A stretch of DNA of 64,000 nt, taken from assembly GCF_000315625.1 (NCBI RefSeq), contig NW_005434566.1, forward strand, positions 1 through 64,000. The letters are read 5' to 3'. Under the pieces are notes generated by a model. The model was given only the letters and a program-made list of their open reading frames with translations. It ran no database searches and was not told the DNA's origin. This document shows positions 29,161 through 42,369 of the stretch, piece after piece. This DNA is from Guillardia theta CCMP2712 (taxonomy: Eukaryota; Protista; Cryptophyta). Made by a program: the position numbers and the translations under genes. The first letter of the stretch is position 1. The number at the start of each line of letters is the position of its first letter.

Positions 29161-29878
29161 GTTGCTGGACTCTGATGGCAGGTATGAGACAGGAGGAGCG
29201 AGGAGAGAGGGAAGAGAGAAAACTGACGTGTCGCGCTTCCATGGTGCCTCGTCGTCTACTGGGGAGAGAGCGAACTTGTAGTTGCCATCGGAAAGCTCGA
29301 GAAAGAAACCAAGAGAGTGGGGGGAGACGGAAAGAAAATCGAGATGAGAGGAGAGGGAGAGGAGGGAATGGAATGGAAGGGGAGGGAGGGGAAGGGAAGG
29401 GAAGGGAGGGGAAGGGAAGAGAAGGGAAGAGAAGAGAAGGAAAGGGAAGGGAAGGGAAGGAAAGGGAGGGGAGGGAAGATGTGATGTGCTCGATCACTGC
29501 TGGTCAGAGCTACAGCACTAAATTGAGACTTTCAGTTACATTTTGAAATTAACACTGGATATTTCACACTACAAGTTCACTTCCAGGATCAGTGAGCACT
29601 CAACACTTGCTCTGCTCTTGACTCCCTCAAGCGAGTTTCGATACCATTCCTTGCTTCCCCTGCCTCCCTGCCTCCCTGCCTCCCTGCCTCCCTGCCTCCC
29701 TGCCTCCCTGCCTCCCTGCCTCCCTGCCTCCCTGCCTCCCTGCCTCCCTGCCTCCCTGCCTCCCTGCCTCCCTGCCTCCCTGCCTCCCTCCCTCCTTTCC
29801 TACTTACCTATCTACAACGTATCAGCTCTCCTCTGTTGTCTATCCTCGCTACTAGAGCACGAAGCTGCTCGCATCACT

Positions 29879-31406
29879 TCACGTGACGGTCTCGATCTGG
29901 TCGCTCGGCGGAGGAGAGGAGAGGTTGAACTTGTTGCGAATGAACATGGCGATCCTCTTCAGCTTCTGTCTTCCTTCTTCCGTCTCGTTCAACGTCGCGA
30001 AGTGCTCAGAGAAAAGCTGCAGACGCTCTCAACCTCTCGCCTCCTCCTCCTCCCCGACTACTCACCATGTCCTTCTTGTGCGTCAGCAGCAGCTCGTCAG
30101 CGCTCAGCTCCTCCCCCAGGAAGCTCTTGAGCTGCATGTACGTCATCCTGCCATGCGCAGAGCCGCACGCGTGTCAGCACGAAGCACAAGGAGTCGAGGG
30201 AAGAGAGATGGAAGAAGCAAGAGGGACGAGAGGGGGGAAGTGCTGCCCGGAGACGAGCAGGATGGCTGGTAGGTAGGAGAGGAGGCAGAGAGTCAGGAGC
30301 GAGGGAGCACACTCTCACCAAGCGCTTCTGTCCGCGTGGATCCTGTCCCAGTCGCCGGCGTCGAGGATCTCCATGGTGTGGGACGTGGACCTCAGACGCT
30401 CCTGCTCCAGGTGCTTCACTGACGTCACTCGCACCAGGCTCGACTCCTCCAGCCGCCCGTCGGTGGAGCGCCGGCAGATGCGATGGTAGCGGACAATGCG
30501 GGGAAAGGAGAGGCGGAGGAGGTCGTCGACGATCATGCACAGGAACTCGAGGTCGGAGGAGGGAAGCTCGAACTCGCAGCGGGCCGCGCGTGAGAGGATC
30601 TCCTCCGGATTGCGGTGGAGGAGGCGGCCGAGCCCATGCCCGACCTGCAGGCCCTTGCGGATGAGGTAGTCATCCTCCCAGAAGACCGTCCACGACCCTG
30701 CCGCCTGCCGCCCCTCCACCAGCATCGCGCTCGCTTGCCCTGTACAGTCCGCACCAGAATGTAGGAGGTGATTGATGCTGGAGGGGGAAGGAGAGGGGGA
30801 GGGAGAGGGGGAGGAGGAAGGGGTGGGGGTTGTGGAGGCTAATTTTGCCTGTGCCTGCAGGCTGACGAGGAAGGCCATGACGTCGTTCATGGTCTGAAAG
30901 AGCTCCTTCCCCATGCTGTTGAACATGTACAGGATCGAAGTCCCCGAGTACCCGGCTTGAGACATCCTCATCGCCAGCAGCTGCAGGTGGCCCAGCGAAG
31001 GGTCAGCAACGTGCGATGCTCGGTCTGTCGACAGCCGCACGGAGAGCTGAAGGGGCCAGGGAGTCTCGGGCTCAGCTCGAGGAGACAGCCGAGCTGGGAG
31101 CGGGACTTGAGGCGATGACAGCTCATCGTTGCTGTGACCGGCAGCGTCTTGACAAGCTTCAGCTCGGGCTCGTCGCAAGCAGGTGCCGCATGGTCTCAGC
31201 TTGTCGCACTTGAGCTTCGACTGCCTGCAGGGCTCGCAGGTGGAGATGCCGAAGACAGCGTCGCAGCCGTCTTCGAGCCCGAGTCTCGAGCAGTGATGGC
31301 ATGGCCTTCTCTTGTCGCACCTGACCTTGTGCCTGCGACACCTCGAGCAAGACTTGCCTTGGCTGCCCTGCTGCTCCTTGCGATACCAATTCAAGGGCAC
31401 CGACAT
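29879..31406 (-). CDS. Transcription factor with two tandem Zn(II)2Cys6 binuclear clusters
   Basis: CSRCRRHKVRCDKRRPCHHCSRLGLEDGC and CEPCRQSKLKCDKLRPCGTCLRRARAEAC; short downstream exons end ...QIETVT-TGA at 29879. Confidence 0.85.
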
Positions 31407-32147
31407 CAGCCCTGCTCCTGCCTTGATGCGCGTCAGGCACTAGACGAGGAAGATCGACACACTAGTTGATGTCCATACAGACACGCCAGCCACTCAGCTG
31501 AGCCACTCATCTCATCAACATATCAATCGCATCCTCTGATCTTATCAACCTCTCAGTCGCATCCACTGACTTTCACAAAAGCCTCTTGTTCTTCTTCTTG
31601 AGCTCACGTCCCGTCGCAAAAACAAACAAACATCTTTCATATGCATGCTGCCTCCCGTGCTCCGCTGCTGACCTGCTGCTTTCTCTGGTCCCATCCCATC
31701 CCGTCTCATCTCCCCTACATTGCTCTCGTCGCTGTCTCCCCTCCTTTGTTCTTCTCCCTGTAGTCCCCCTATCTCTGGGTCGCATCGCCTCTTCTCCCCC
31801 CCCCTCTCCTCTCCCCTCCTCCCTCCTCCCCGCCCCTCCTCTCCCCTCCTCTCCCCTCCTCTCCCCTCCTCCCCCTCCTCCCCTCCCTCCCCTCCCCTCC
31901 CCTCCCCTCCTCTCCTCTCCCCTCCCCTCCTCTCCCCTCCTCTCTTCATCGCCCATCTCGTCTCTCCATCCTGCATCCTCCTAGAAAACTGACGAAATCA
32001 TTTTGAATGTTCAAAGTTTATCTCCAATTTTGAAATCTTCACGTAAGTTTTGAAATGTCAGCTGGAAGGATCTGTGGCTATGGCGCCGGTTTCGTCGATG
32101 AGGACACGCCGAACAATGAGCACGAGTGAGTGAAAGAAACAACAGAA

Positions 32148-32182
<35 letters not shown>

Positions 32183-32520
32183 TGGAGCTGGAGCTGGAGC
32201 TGGAGCTGGAGCTGGAGCAGGAGCAGGAGCATGGGGCAGGGGTAGGGGCAAGAGCAGGAGCAGGAGCAGGAGCGGGAGCAGCAGCAGCAGCAGCAGCAGG
32301 AGCGGGAGCAGCAGCATGGGGCAGGGGTAGGGGCAGGAGCAGGGGCAGGAGCAGGAGCAGGAGCAGGGGCAGGAGCAGGGGCAGGGGCAGCACCAGCACA
32401 AGCACCAGCACCAACAGGATCAGCGGGATCAGAAATGGGAAGGAGGAGAGGATTACGAAAAGAGGAAGAGCGGGCGAGATTTCCATCCATTCCTCCCTCC
32501 CTCTCTCCCTCTCTATTTCT

Positions 32521-32622
32521 CTTGTCTGATCTGATATGACAGTCTCGTTCTTTCTCTTGTCTGATCTGATATGACAGTCTCGTTCTTTCTCTTGTCTGAT
32601 CTGATATGACAGTCTCGTTCTT
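32521..32622. repeat. 35-bp tandem repeat x3
   Basis: Unit CTTGTCTGATCTGATATGACAGTCTCGTTCTTTCT. Confidence 0.9.
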
Positions 32623-34891
32623 GTTCTGGTTGTCTTTGGCAGTTATCATCTGGAACTTCTTTCAGGTGCAGCTTGTGTTCCCTTCGTCTCTCCCTCACTC
32701 TGCTTGTCTGTCGCAGGCGTTGTTCGTGAGTGCCTTCCTCCGCATGCTGACCTGGCCCTTCATCTTCATCCACTGGCTCCTCACGTTCCTTCCTCCCTTC
32801 GAGGAGACCCCCGGGCTCTCGTGAGCGTCGGCGAGTTGGCGGGTCGCGTCTGAACCTCAAGCAGTGTGAGGGGAGAGTCGGTCTCAGCCAAGCTCTACAT
32901 GCGATGCTGGGAAGCGATCAAGCTCTTTTCTGATCAAACGTTAGGTACTTGAACTTCCTTCCTCCTCCCCTCTCTTCCTCGTTCCCTACCTCCACTCCCT
33001 CTCTTCCTTCCTCCCCTCCTCTCCCCCCTCCCTCTCTTCCTCTGTCCCTCTCCCCATCCATCCATTTTGCTCACTCTTTCTGGCTTGGCTGCAGGAAAGC
33101 TTCATCACCCGGACTTGGAATTCTTCGTCAACTCCTTGTTCCTCCTCTTTCTCGCCATCGACATCCACGTGAACCTACCTCTCTCCTCTCTCCGTCTCCT
33201 ACCTCTCTCACCTCGCTGAGTCTGCTGGGTTCAGGTTCGAGTGAAAAAAAGGTTTCTTGCTCTTGCTTTGCTCTCCTGTCGTTTCCTCCCCCACCCTTCT
33301 CCTCCTTTCTCGACTGAAAGATCTTCTGGCCACAAGCTTTGGGCTCGCTAGCAGCAGTTCAACCCGACTGTCTCCTCCTCCCTTTCTCTGGTGCGAATGT
33401 CGTTCTACTGGCAGCAAGTAATGGAGAGTAGGAGGAGGTTCGTGCTTGACGGGGCCATCAACTGCGTGCTCTACGTCACTGCATTCTTCTTTGTCTACAG
33501 GTCCTCGTTGACTCCTCCCCATCCCCTCCTCCCCTCCTTCAGTCCGATCCACCTTCTCGACTTCTCTCCTGCCTGTCGCTTCTGACTCACTGCTCTGGCA
33601 GTCGTCTTTCTCGCCCTCCCTCGGGGAACTCCCAGGTAAGTCGCTTCTCCTCCTCTGCTCTCTGCCAGCTGATGGTCGGGCAGGGAGGGCTGGAGGCGTT
33701 TCTCTACATGCTCTCCGAGGCTCTCGAGGGTCTCGCGCTCTCCCTCCATAAGATTCTGGTGAGCGACCAGGGGGTCGAGGGCGCGTGACGCGCGGCAGGT
33801 GCAAACGAGCAGGTTCGAGCTGCGACTCCTCTGGTCCTCTTTCACCAGGACCGTCGCTGACTCAGTCGACATGGTAGTCGCCTGCTCGCCTCCCTCGGCT
33901 GCTCTGACTGCCTCCTAGACCTGGGAACTTTCTCGCCTCGCTGAAATGTGGCCGACCAGGTAGACTTGCCGCCTCCTCTTCCTCGCCTCCCCTCACGCTC
34001 TTTCAGTCTGCTCGCTCCTAGACTAAAGGCTCTCTGCTGGATCAGCGCGAGCTGCAGCATGCTGGACCTGATGCTCTTCTGCTCCTCGGACTCGCGGAGA
34101 CTCGTGGTCAAGCTCGTCTTCCTCTCTCTCCTTCACTCCCTCCGCCCTCTCCTCTCCCACGTCTCTCCTCCTGCTCTTCTCGTTTCCGCCTGGACCATCT
34201 CTGACGGTGCTGCCGCAGGATCTGATGTTGGGGAGCCATGTGCGGAGGAGCAGAGGAGGAGACGAGTGGCAGGTGAGGAGGGAGAGGGAGACAGGCTGCT
34301 CACTGGCACAAGTTTGAAGTTCCGTGGGACTTCACCATGAGGCTGGCAATCGTCTCTTCCCTCTTCCTCAACCGGTTCTGCTCTCCTCCACCTCAGCCTC
34401 TGCCCCCATCCTCCCCTCCCTCATCCACACACATCCATCCTTGCCCTCCCCTCCTCTCATCCTTCCCTTCCTTGTTCTTCGACTCTTCCTTACACGTTTG
34501 CTCGCAGTTGGCCGCAATGGGGAGTGTTGATGAGCATAACTCTGTTTGTCCCTTACTTGCTCTTCTTTCTCTCCTCTCTGCTCACAAGGTGAACCGCTCA
34601 GCCTCCCAGTCGTCTCCTCATTTGTTTTCTTCTTCCCTTCCCTTCCCTTCCCTTCCCTTCCCTTCCCTTCCCTTCCCTTCCCTTCCCTTCCCTTCCCTTC
34701 CCTTCCCTTCCCTTCCCTTCCCTTCTCTTCTTTTCTTTTCTCTTCTCTTCCCTTCTCTTCTCTTCCCTTCTCTTCTTCTCTTTGGGACTCTCCCGCAAGA
34801 ACTTCTCGTGAGGATGATCGTCAGCGAAAAATCCGCCAGGAACAGCAGATGCGCCTTAAGGTGCCTCGTGCTCGTCGTCGTCATCATCATC

Positions 34892-34970
<79 letters not shown>

Positions 34971-35684
34971 CTGCTCCTCATGCTCATACTGTTTCTAGGA
35001 GCTCGCAGCTGAGAAAGCGAAGGAGCCCAAGGAGGCCGGCGCAACTCAATCATTGGGGCTTGCGGCTCGAGCGGTGGAGGTTGGGCAGAGGAGAAGAGGA
35101 GGAGTGAAACGTGTGCAGGAGAAGTACATGCCCTCTCTCTTCAAGACCGCGATGGGACACGATTGGTCTGCGGCAGGAGCAGGAGAAGCCTCGAGCGGAG
35201 AAGGGAGGGGGAGCAGGAGGGGAGGGCTCAAGGTGAGGCAGGAGAGCAGGAGATGAAGCTGACGGGGTCTCAGAGGGAGGGCAACATGTTGAGGATTGAG
35301 ACGGTGTCGGAGTGGAAGCGACTCAAGGGAGGAGAGGAGACCTCTCTCTGCGCGCAAGGGCAGTCCCTCGCCGTCTTCTTCCTCAGTCACCCCGCCAGCG
35401 TCGCCAGTCAGCGCGTGCTCGAGCTTGCTGAGTCCCGTGCGGCCCGCGTGCAAGGGCTAGTGATGTGCAGCATGCGGGTGAGGGAGGGGAGGGGGGGGGG
35501 GGCTGAAGGTGACGAGAGGGAGCAGGTGGACGAGTGTCTGGATGAGCTCGCGCGTGAGGGCGTGAGATTCTCCGGGCAGTTTCCCGTCCTGCACGTGTAC
35601 AAGGACGGGCAGAAGAAACATCAGGTAAGCGAGCCAAAGACCGTGAGGATGCTGAGTGCTGTCAGGTTGTTGGAGGAGATCTGA
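32606..35684 (+). CDS. Putative multi-TM protein with C-terminal thioredoxin-like fold lacking CxxC (approximate; may start further upstream)
   Basis: Hydrophobic exons (LFWLSLAVIIWNFFQ; LRMLTWPFIFIHWLLTFL; GAINCVLYVTAFFFVY); last exons RIETVSEWKRL...LAVFF...QFPVLHVYKDGQK resemble a thioredoxin fold. Confidence 0.35.
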
Positions 35685-35799
35685 AAGCCTACGAGCAGCT
35701 GCTGTCAAGCTACGAGGAGGGGGGGGAGGAGGCGAGGCGAGGCGAGGATGGTCTCCTCCCCCCCCGAGGAAGCATCGGAGAGGTGAAGACGCTCGGAGA

Positions 35800-37330
35800 C
35801 TTTCAGCAGCTGCTCGAGCAGGCGAGGGATCGAGTTGTCGTTGTTGACTTCACCGCTTCCTGGCAGGCCCTGCCTCTACTCGACCTCAGCTGAATCCCTG
35901 ACAGGTGCCAACCCTGCAAGCGGATGAAGCCAACGCTAGAGCGACTGGCAGCAAGACATGAGGAAGGAGTGTTTGTGACGGTGAGAAGAGGGGAAAGGAG
36001 ACGGGAGGAGAGGGGAGACGGAGAAGGATAGAGGAAGGAAGCAAAGAACTGATGCTGATGGGACAGGTGGACGTGGACGAGAACGATGAAACTGCATCCT
36101 TCTGCCACATCGAGTCCATGCCGACATTCCTGGTGAAAGAGGAGGCAGAAAGTGTCTAGCGCTAAAGTTCGCTTCACAGCTGTACAAGGGAGGAGAACAA
36201 GTTGGGTCAGTGCTGGGAGCGAGGGAGGCGGAGCTGAGAGAAGCCGTAGCTCGTCTGTTTTCATGACCTTCTGGATTGGGGTGAAGAAGACTTGGATTGC
36301 CCCTTCTCGTGCTGCTGCTGCTGCTGCTGCTTCTCCTGCTTCTCCTGCCAGCCTTGATCAGCAATGCTCGTCCCTCGGTCCACATCACCTCTCTGGCTCC
36401 CTTGTCCTTGCCTGTCGAATGCGTGCAGGTTTCTCCGGTACATCTGAAATCTCTTGAGCTCGAACGCAACAATGGGAGGGAGGTCGAGGCGAACAATGGG
36501 AGAGGAACGAGGAGGGAGAGGAACGAGGAGGGAGAGGAAGCAGGAGGGAGGGGCTTCACCTCGGCCAGTGATCGGGTTTGTCGCACATGGAGAGGTCTGA
36601 GAGGCCATACTTGCACGCCTTCACCATCACACTCCATGTCTGGCGCTCTCTTCAACTTCTCTTGCTCCCACTCCCTCTCCTCACCTCTTCCGGGATCGCC
36701 CCCCCCGAGTCCGGCAGCACGAGGTCTTTGTTGAGAAGCTCCTTGCTCGAGTCGGATGGCGATGTGATCACGATGCTGTTCTGCTGCCCATCTTTGAGCT
36801 CCAGCCACGACTGGCAAGCATGCAGCATCCCCACACATCTGCCGGGCAGTCGTCATGCAACCCAAGACGCGGCCGGTCATGGCAGGGCGGAAAAGCGAAG
36901 CTTGACTTGCCTGGCTTGTTCCACGGCAGTGAGCTGCGGGCGATCTTGAGAGCTCAGCTGCATCTCGCGAGCCCTATGGCTGCGCAGGAGTGAGAGGAGG
37001 GATGCATCAGGTCCTTCACCTTGCTGGCAGCGAAGTCACTCTGATCGCCACCTTCCTCACGACGTTGACGGGGCCACGTCGAAGCTTCTTCCTAAAGGAC
37101 AATGACCGCAACCATCGGCAGACGCTCCCTTACCTGCTGAGAAGAACCCTAGGCCTCGAGGCAGCCATCTCATCAACTTGTTGCTTCATGCTCCCTGCTC
37201 GAGAAGATCTCTGAGCGATCTAACAAGAAAGTCACTTCGAGCACAGCCATGCCACCTCGTCCCTGACTCACCAAGAGAACCCCGGCGAGCAGTGCCACGG
37301 CCAAGCCAGCAGCAACCACTGCAGCATCTC
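35800..37330 (-). CDS. Multi-exon hypothetical protein (approximate)
   Basis: GC-rich minus-strand ORF segments separated by GT-AG low-complexity introns; no family recognised. Confidence 0.25.
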
Positions 37331-37910
37331 AAGTCATGCCCTCCATCCTCTTCTACTTCTCCTCCTCTCCTTCTCCTCTCCTTCTCCTCTCCTTCTCCTC
37401 TCCTTCTCCTCTCCTTCTCCCTTCCTCCCTCCCTTCGTACCTGCCGACCGCATTTTCAGAACCCCAAGTGTCGTGAAATGAGGGTGATGAGTTATCTGCA
37501 CCGGTCACCATCGGATCCGACAAGGGCCCGGGGAGACTAGTGACCCGGGACCGTACGGTACTTCGCCGCGTACTATCACTCTGGCACCCGGCCCGGGGTG
37601 ATCAGCCCGGCGGGCCCGGGTGACTGAATCTTGAAGTTGCGATCAGAGCTCTGATCAGGAGGACGCGGCTCTGATCAGTGCTCTGAGTCTCCTCTCAGGC
37701 CCTGGCACAGGAGAATCTCACCGTCTCACTCAGAGGCGCACTGAGTCGCCGGTTCCTGTCCGAACTCTTGTCACAAGTCCCAGCTGAGCACTGCGGCATA
37801 AAGATTCTGACATGAGGAGACACATGGATGGTGACGTCGAGGCTGCAAAAGTCCGCCGAGTATGTGATCTTACCCAATGTTGTGCAATGTCTTGCCCAAT
37901 GTTGTGCAGG

Positions 37911-39455
37911 TGACGGAATACAAGTTTGTTAGACTTGTACTAGTCCAAAGTCACGCAGATATCACATCGACCTTAGTTGTAACAAGACAGTTTTTGCTCA
38001 AGACCGAGTTTAATGCACACAAATCCAGAATTGAGGAGCACATGAGAGATAGACTGTATGCTAAGATGTGAAACCCAAGCATCCAGACATGAGAGGACCT
38101 TAGCAAGACGGCTAGGAAAGCCCCCTCTTCGTCCACACACGCTACATTGGCCGCCTTGCAAACACGTAAGTCGTCTTGGTTTACAGGAGAGTTTTTGTTA
38201 ACTCGGCGCTATCTGACTGGCACGGCTGGCATACGTTCCATCCTCCCCCCGAGTTTCTGAAATAGTACGTCACATCGGACGTCAGAAAGTCACACAAACA
38301 AGAATGTCAGCAGATCCAAGTCAAGATACGACGATACAACGTCAAGTTCACAGTCATGCTGAGTGGGCAATAACCATTCAAGGATTGTCCATTCTGAAGA
38401 AGATTTTCATGCAGGGCTATTAGATGTGCAGTGCAGAGATAAGGGAGATGCCTGGCGAGCTGATGCAATGACGAGAGAAGGAGGATAAGATAAGAGAGTC
38501 TGAGGAGAGAACTTCGGAGTTCAGATAACAGAGAGAGAGAGAGAGAGAGAGAGCGTGCCCGCCGGCATTTGAAGACCAAAAGATAAATTTTGAACCGTAA
38601 AGAACTTGTGACCAGAGATTGCTGCCGCGAGATTGGAACATCCGTTTCAAGGCATCTGAAGATTGTTGTGCAGTAGTACCTTGTTCGCCGATCCAGAAGT
38701 AGCTCCAGTTATGCATGCCACAGCCTAGCTCCATGACATGAAAACTTCCGCCAGATCTCCTGGTAGTTCCATTTGATCCTACTCAAAGATCAAGAAGATT
38801 AAAATCGAATCAGCTTCAAGTGCGTTTCCACACGGTTAAGCAGATATTCGACCGACCAATCTGGCTGGGGAAGGCTTGTTTTTCCAATTCGAAGATCAAT
38901 CAAACAAATTGAGGCTGAGATGAGAGGCCTAAACAACTTGCGGCTAGAAAGAGAGCCTGATTGAAGAGAGGAGTCATCCGAATGTGTAAAGCTTGATAGA
39001 ATTTGCATGAATTTTCAACAGCAACGGGAAAACAATACCAAGAAAGAAAAAAACTCCAGTAAACAATTCAACTAACCAAATATAAGATCAACATGATTGA
39101 GCATGTAATCGGGGCCCATAACCGACGGAATACAAGTTTGTTAGACTTGTACTAGTCAAAAGTCACGCAGATATCACATCGACCTTAGTTGTAACAAGAC
39201 AGTTTTTGCTCAAGACCGAGTTTAATGCACACAAATCCAGAATTGAGGAGCACATGAGAGATAGACTGTATGCTAAGATGTGAAACCCAAGCATCCAGAC
39301 ATGAGAGGACCTTAGCAAGACGGCTAGGAAAGCCCCCTCTTCGTCCACACACGCTACATTGGCCGCCTTGCAAACACGTAAGTCGTCTTGGTTTACAGGA
39401 GAGTTTTTGTTAACTCGGCGCTATCTGACTGGCACGGCTGGCATACGTTCCATCA
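37911..39455 (-). mobile_element. Non-autonomous Ty1/copia-type (hemivirus-like) LTR retrotransposon, 1545 bp
   Basis: 331-bp near-identical direct repeats 37912-38242 and 39124-39454; outer ends TG...CA with short inverted termini (TGACGGAA / TTCCATCA); 5-bp TSD GCAGG (37906-37910, 39456-39460); minus-strand PBS GGTTATGGGCCC next to the 5' LTR (39112-39123); minus-strand PPT GGGGGGAG (38243-38250); no gag/pol ORF inside. Confidence 0.88.
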
Positions 39456-39728
39456 GCAGGCCGGGCTTTTCCTGCACCTGCATTACACTTGTCTACAAGC
39501 ACAACGTCGTATCCTCCAAGTTGAAGCCACTTGGCACACTGCACTAAACTGCATGGAATATCCGAGAAACGTTTTGAAAACCAGTCAGGTGGCTCGAACC
39601 CCAGCCCTGCTCCTACTGGCATACTAGAGTTGACTTTGAACGTGGTAAACTTTTACTACCGTTGGCTGAGCGCTAGCAGCCTCCGAAGACGGGAGGAAAG
39701 CCGAAGTTAGGAGGGCACAACACCCTCC

Positions 39729-41521
39729 TCAGCCGAACAAGGTGCCACTGACCAGAAACGCCCGGACCTCCGGCTCGAACTCTTCCAGCTTTGCCATCTC
39801 AGCGTCAAGAAAGACTTGGAAGCATTCCGAATCCTCCTCCTCCCGTGGGGCATCTCCCATCGACCGCACCTCTTGGTTCAGGTCATACTCCTGCACATCC
39901 CCATCCGTAAACGCCACTCGGATCCGCTGCGGGTGAGGGTCTGAACTCACTTTCCCAATGTACCAACTCGCCCGATTTTCTTTCGTATCGACGAATTGGC
40001 ACGCGACGACAGAGGACCTCTGATCCCTGAGGGTATCTATCAATGCTGAAGGAAGCACACTCTGAATCCTCGTCTTCCACACCTCCAACAAGCTCTCCGT
40101 CCATACATGCTCTTTGAAATCATCGCAGCTTATGTGATTTGTCCTTGCCCTCATGTAACACTGTAGCAGTAGGAGCATCAATTCTTTCGCATCAAGCTTC
40201 TTAACCATGGCCTCGTCTAGCGGTTGCCGGCGGGGTCTTGGGGGTGCCCGTTGATAGTGACTTGTAGGCTGAGGAACAAACCGTTCTGTTGGAGTTCTGA
40301 TTCGCTTGCAAGGAGCAGCCCCAGGAGCTTGCGAGGAGGATGAGCTTGATCCTGTCGCTTCTGTCTCCTTCTGAGAGTCGATCTGCCTTTCCCGTTTCCT
40401 CCCAGTGACTCGGCTCCTGAGCGCTTCTCTCTCCCTTTGTGGCGAGCTGCTGCTCACACCAAATCCAGATCCCATCCTGCCCGTCTGTGGCGTGTGGAAT
40501 GCCTGTCCCTGCCGCCCTTCACTCTTTATCGATGCTTTGCTGTCGCCTGCAGCTGCTGGCCCAGCAAGCGACAACCCTTGCGTCCGAGCGTCTGGACTAG
40601 CGGCTGCTGGCCAGACTCTGAGGGCTGACGAGCTTGTGAAAGGATCTGATTGACAGCGGCAAGACGTCAGAGGGAGGCGACTACCAGAAGAAGTTGAACC
40701 TGCTGGGCAGCAACTGCGGGATGTTGTTATACGCTGAGAGTGGTCGTTGGAGCTCCCTGCTTGTTGGTCTTCGTCGTCGCTGACCAGAATAGGTGAACGC
40801 GGTCGTTGGTCACAGCTGGAAGCAGCTCTCTCGCCGAGTTCTTGTTGCTGCTCTGGAGGACGCAGCAGCGGTTTCAGCTGTGGGCTCGTGTCCTGACAGT
40901 TACCAGCATGTACCTCGTCTCCATCGGCAGCAGCCAAGTTGCCCCTCATCCCTGCCTCCTCCTTGCTGTCGAATGGGAAAGTTTGGGAGGAAGGCACGTG
41001 GCTCTCCACCACAGGGGGACGGGCAATCAGCAGATCCAGCTTCGTCATGATATCACGGTTGCTATCTTGCATTTGCTGCACAGTCTGTGCGAGGTCCTGC
41101 ACTCGTTGCTCGTTGGTAAGTAGCTTCGCTGTCACATCTCCGATATCCTTGTTGACGCCTTGGACTCCGGGAGGGCTTGCTCTTGGGATCGGAATGTCTC
41201 TTGCAAAGTTTGCAGTCTTGCATCGGGAGCTCCGACCTGAGACTCTTCTATGAGGCTTCGCACAGCTCTCACGAGCTCTTCGAGGCTGTTGGACATTGTG
41301 AGAACTGACGTGTTGTGCTTTTGGCGCAAATCTTCTACTTGTCGGGTCAGATTCTCCAGTGATGCTTTGAGCTGATCCGGCATCTGGCAGAGAGACAAGC
41401 TAACGCCCGAACTCAGGTTTGGTGCTCGAGAAGACTGAAGCCCCTGATTCAGAGCGTTGTTGACCTGACCTCCTGCTGCTGATCCTTGGCCTTGCCTCTG
41501 ATCGTTCGGTGAGCGCTGCAT
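39729..41521 (-). CDS. Intronless hypothetical protein: N-terminal coiled coil, disordered middle, C-terminal Tudor-like domain; one frameshift near 41168
   Basis: ORFs 41132..41578 and 39729..41135 join by a 1-nt shift (QEQAL / GVQGVNKDIGDVTAKLL); C-terminus WYIGKVSSDPHPQRIRVAFTDGDVQEYDL is Tudor-like. Confidence 0.5.
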
Positions 41522-41852
41522 GGCCAGCCGTTCTGAGAGTGGAGGGACCGGCGACGGGGGTGGGTAAAAGGTGAGCATGATTTCTTTTTTGTCAGAAGGG
41601 GTAGGGTACCACTGGCCATCTGGTATTATGATACGGTAGGGTAGGGGAATGGACTGGGTGGAGCCTTCAAGTCTGAGGGATCAGAGGGGGTATGGGTACT
41701 AGAATCAGCCTGTGTACGGTCCCGGGTCCTGGAGGAGGGGGTGGGGAGGGGTGGTCAGGTAAGAAACTTAGTACTGAGAATTTTACTCACTTTAATGCGA
41801 CGGGGTGGGCGGTCGAGAGACAATAATGAAGTAAACGGCGTTCACCGCAATG

Positions 41853-42155
<303 letters not shown>

Positions 42156-42369
42156 GAGATCACGAAGGTGACGACGCAGCTATGACGCGGAAGCTGAAGA
42201 CTTACACAACGGTTTGCTGCCGGTTTGAAGGTGGGTGGCATGCCGTCTCCTCTGTCTTTAAAGTGTTGGCTGCCAGCTTTGCGGCGCGGATGGAGAAAGA
42301 GCAGCCGCCGACAAGGAGCCGGCGCTGCCCGGGGCAGCGGACAGAGAAGAATTCCGCCTGCGCAGCGCA

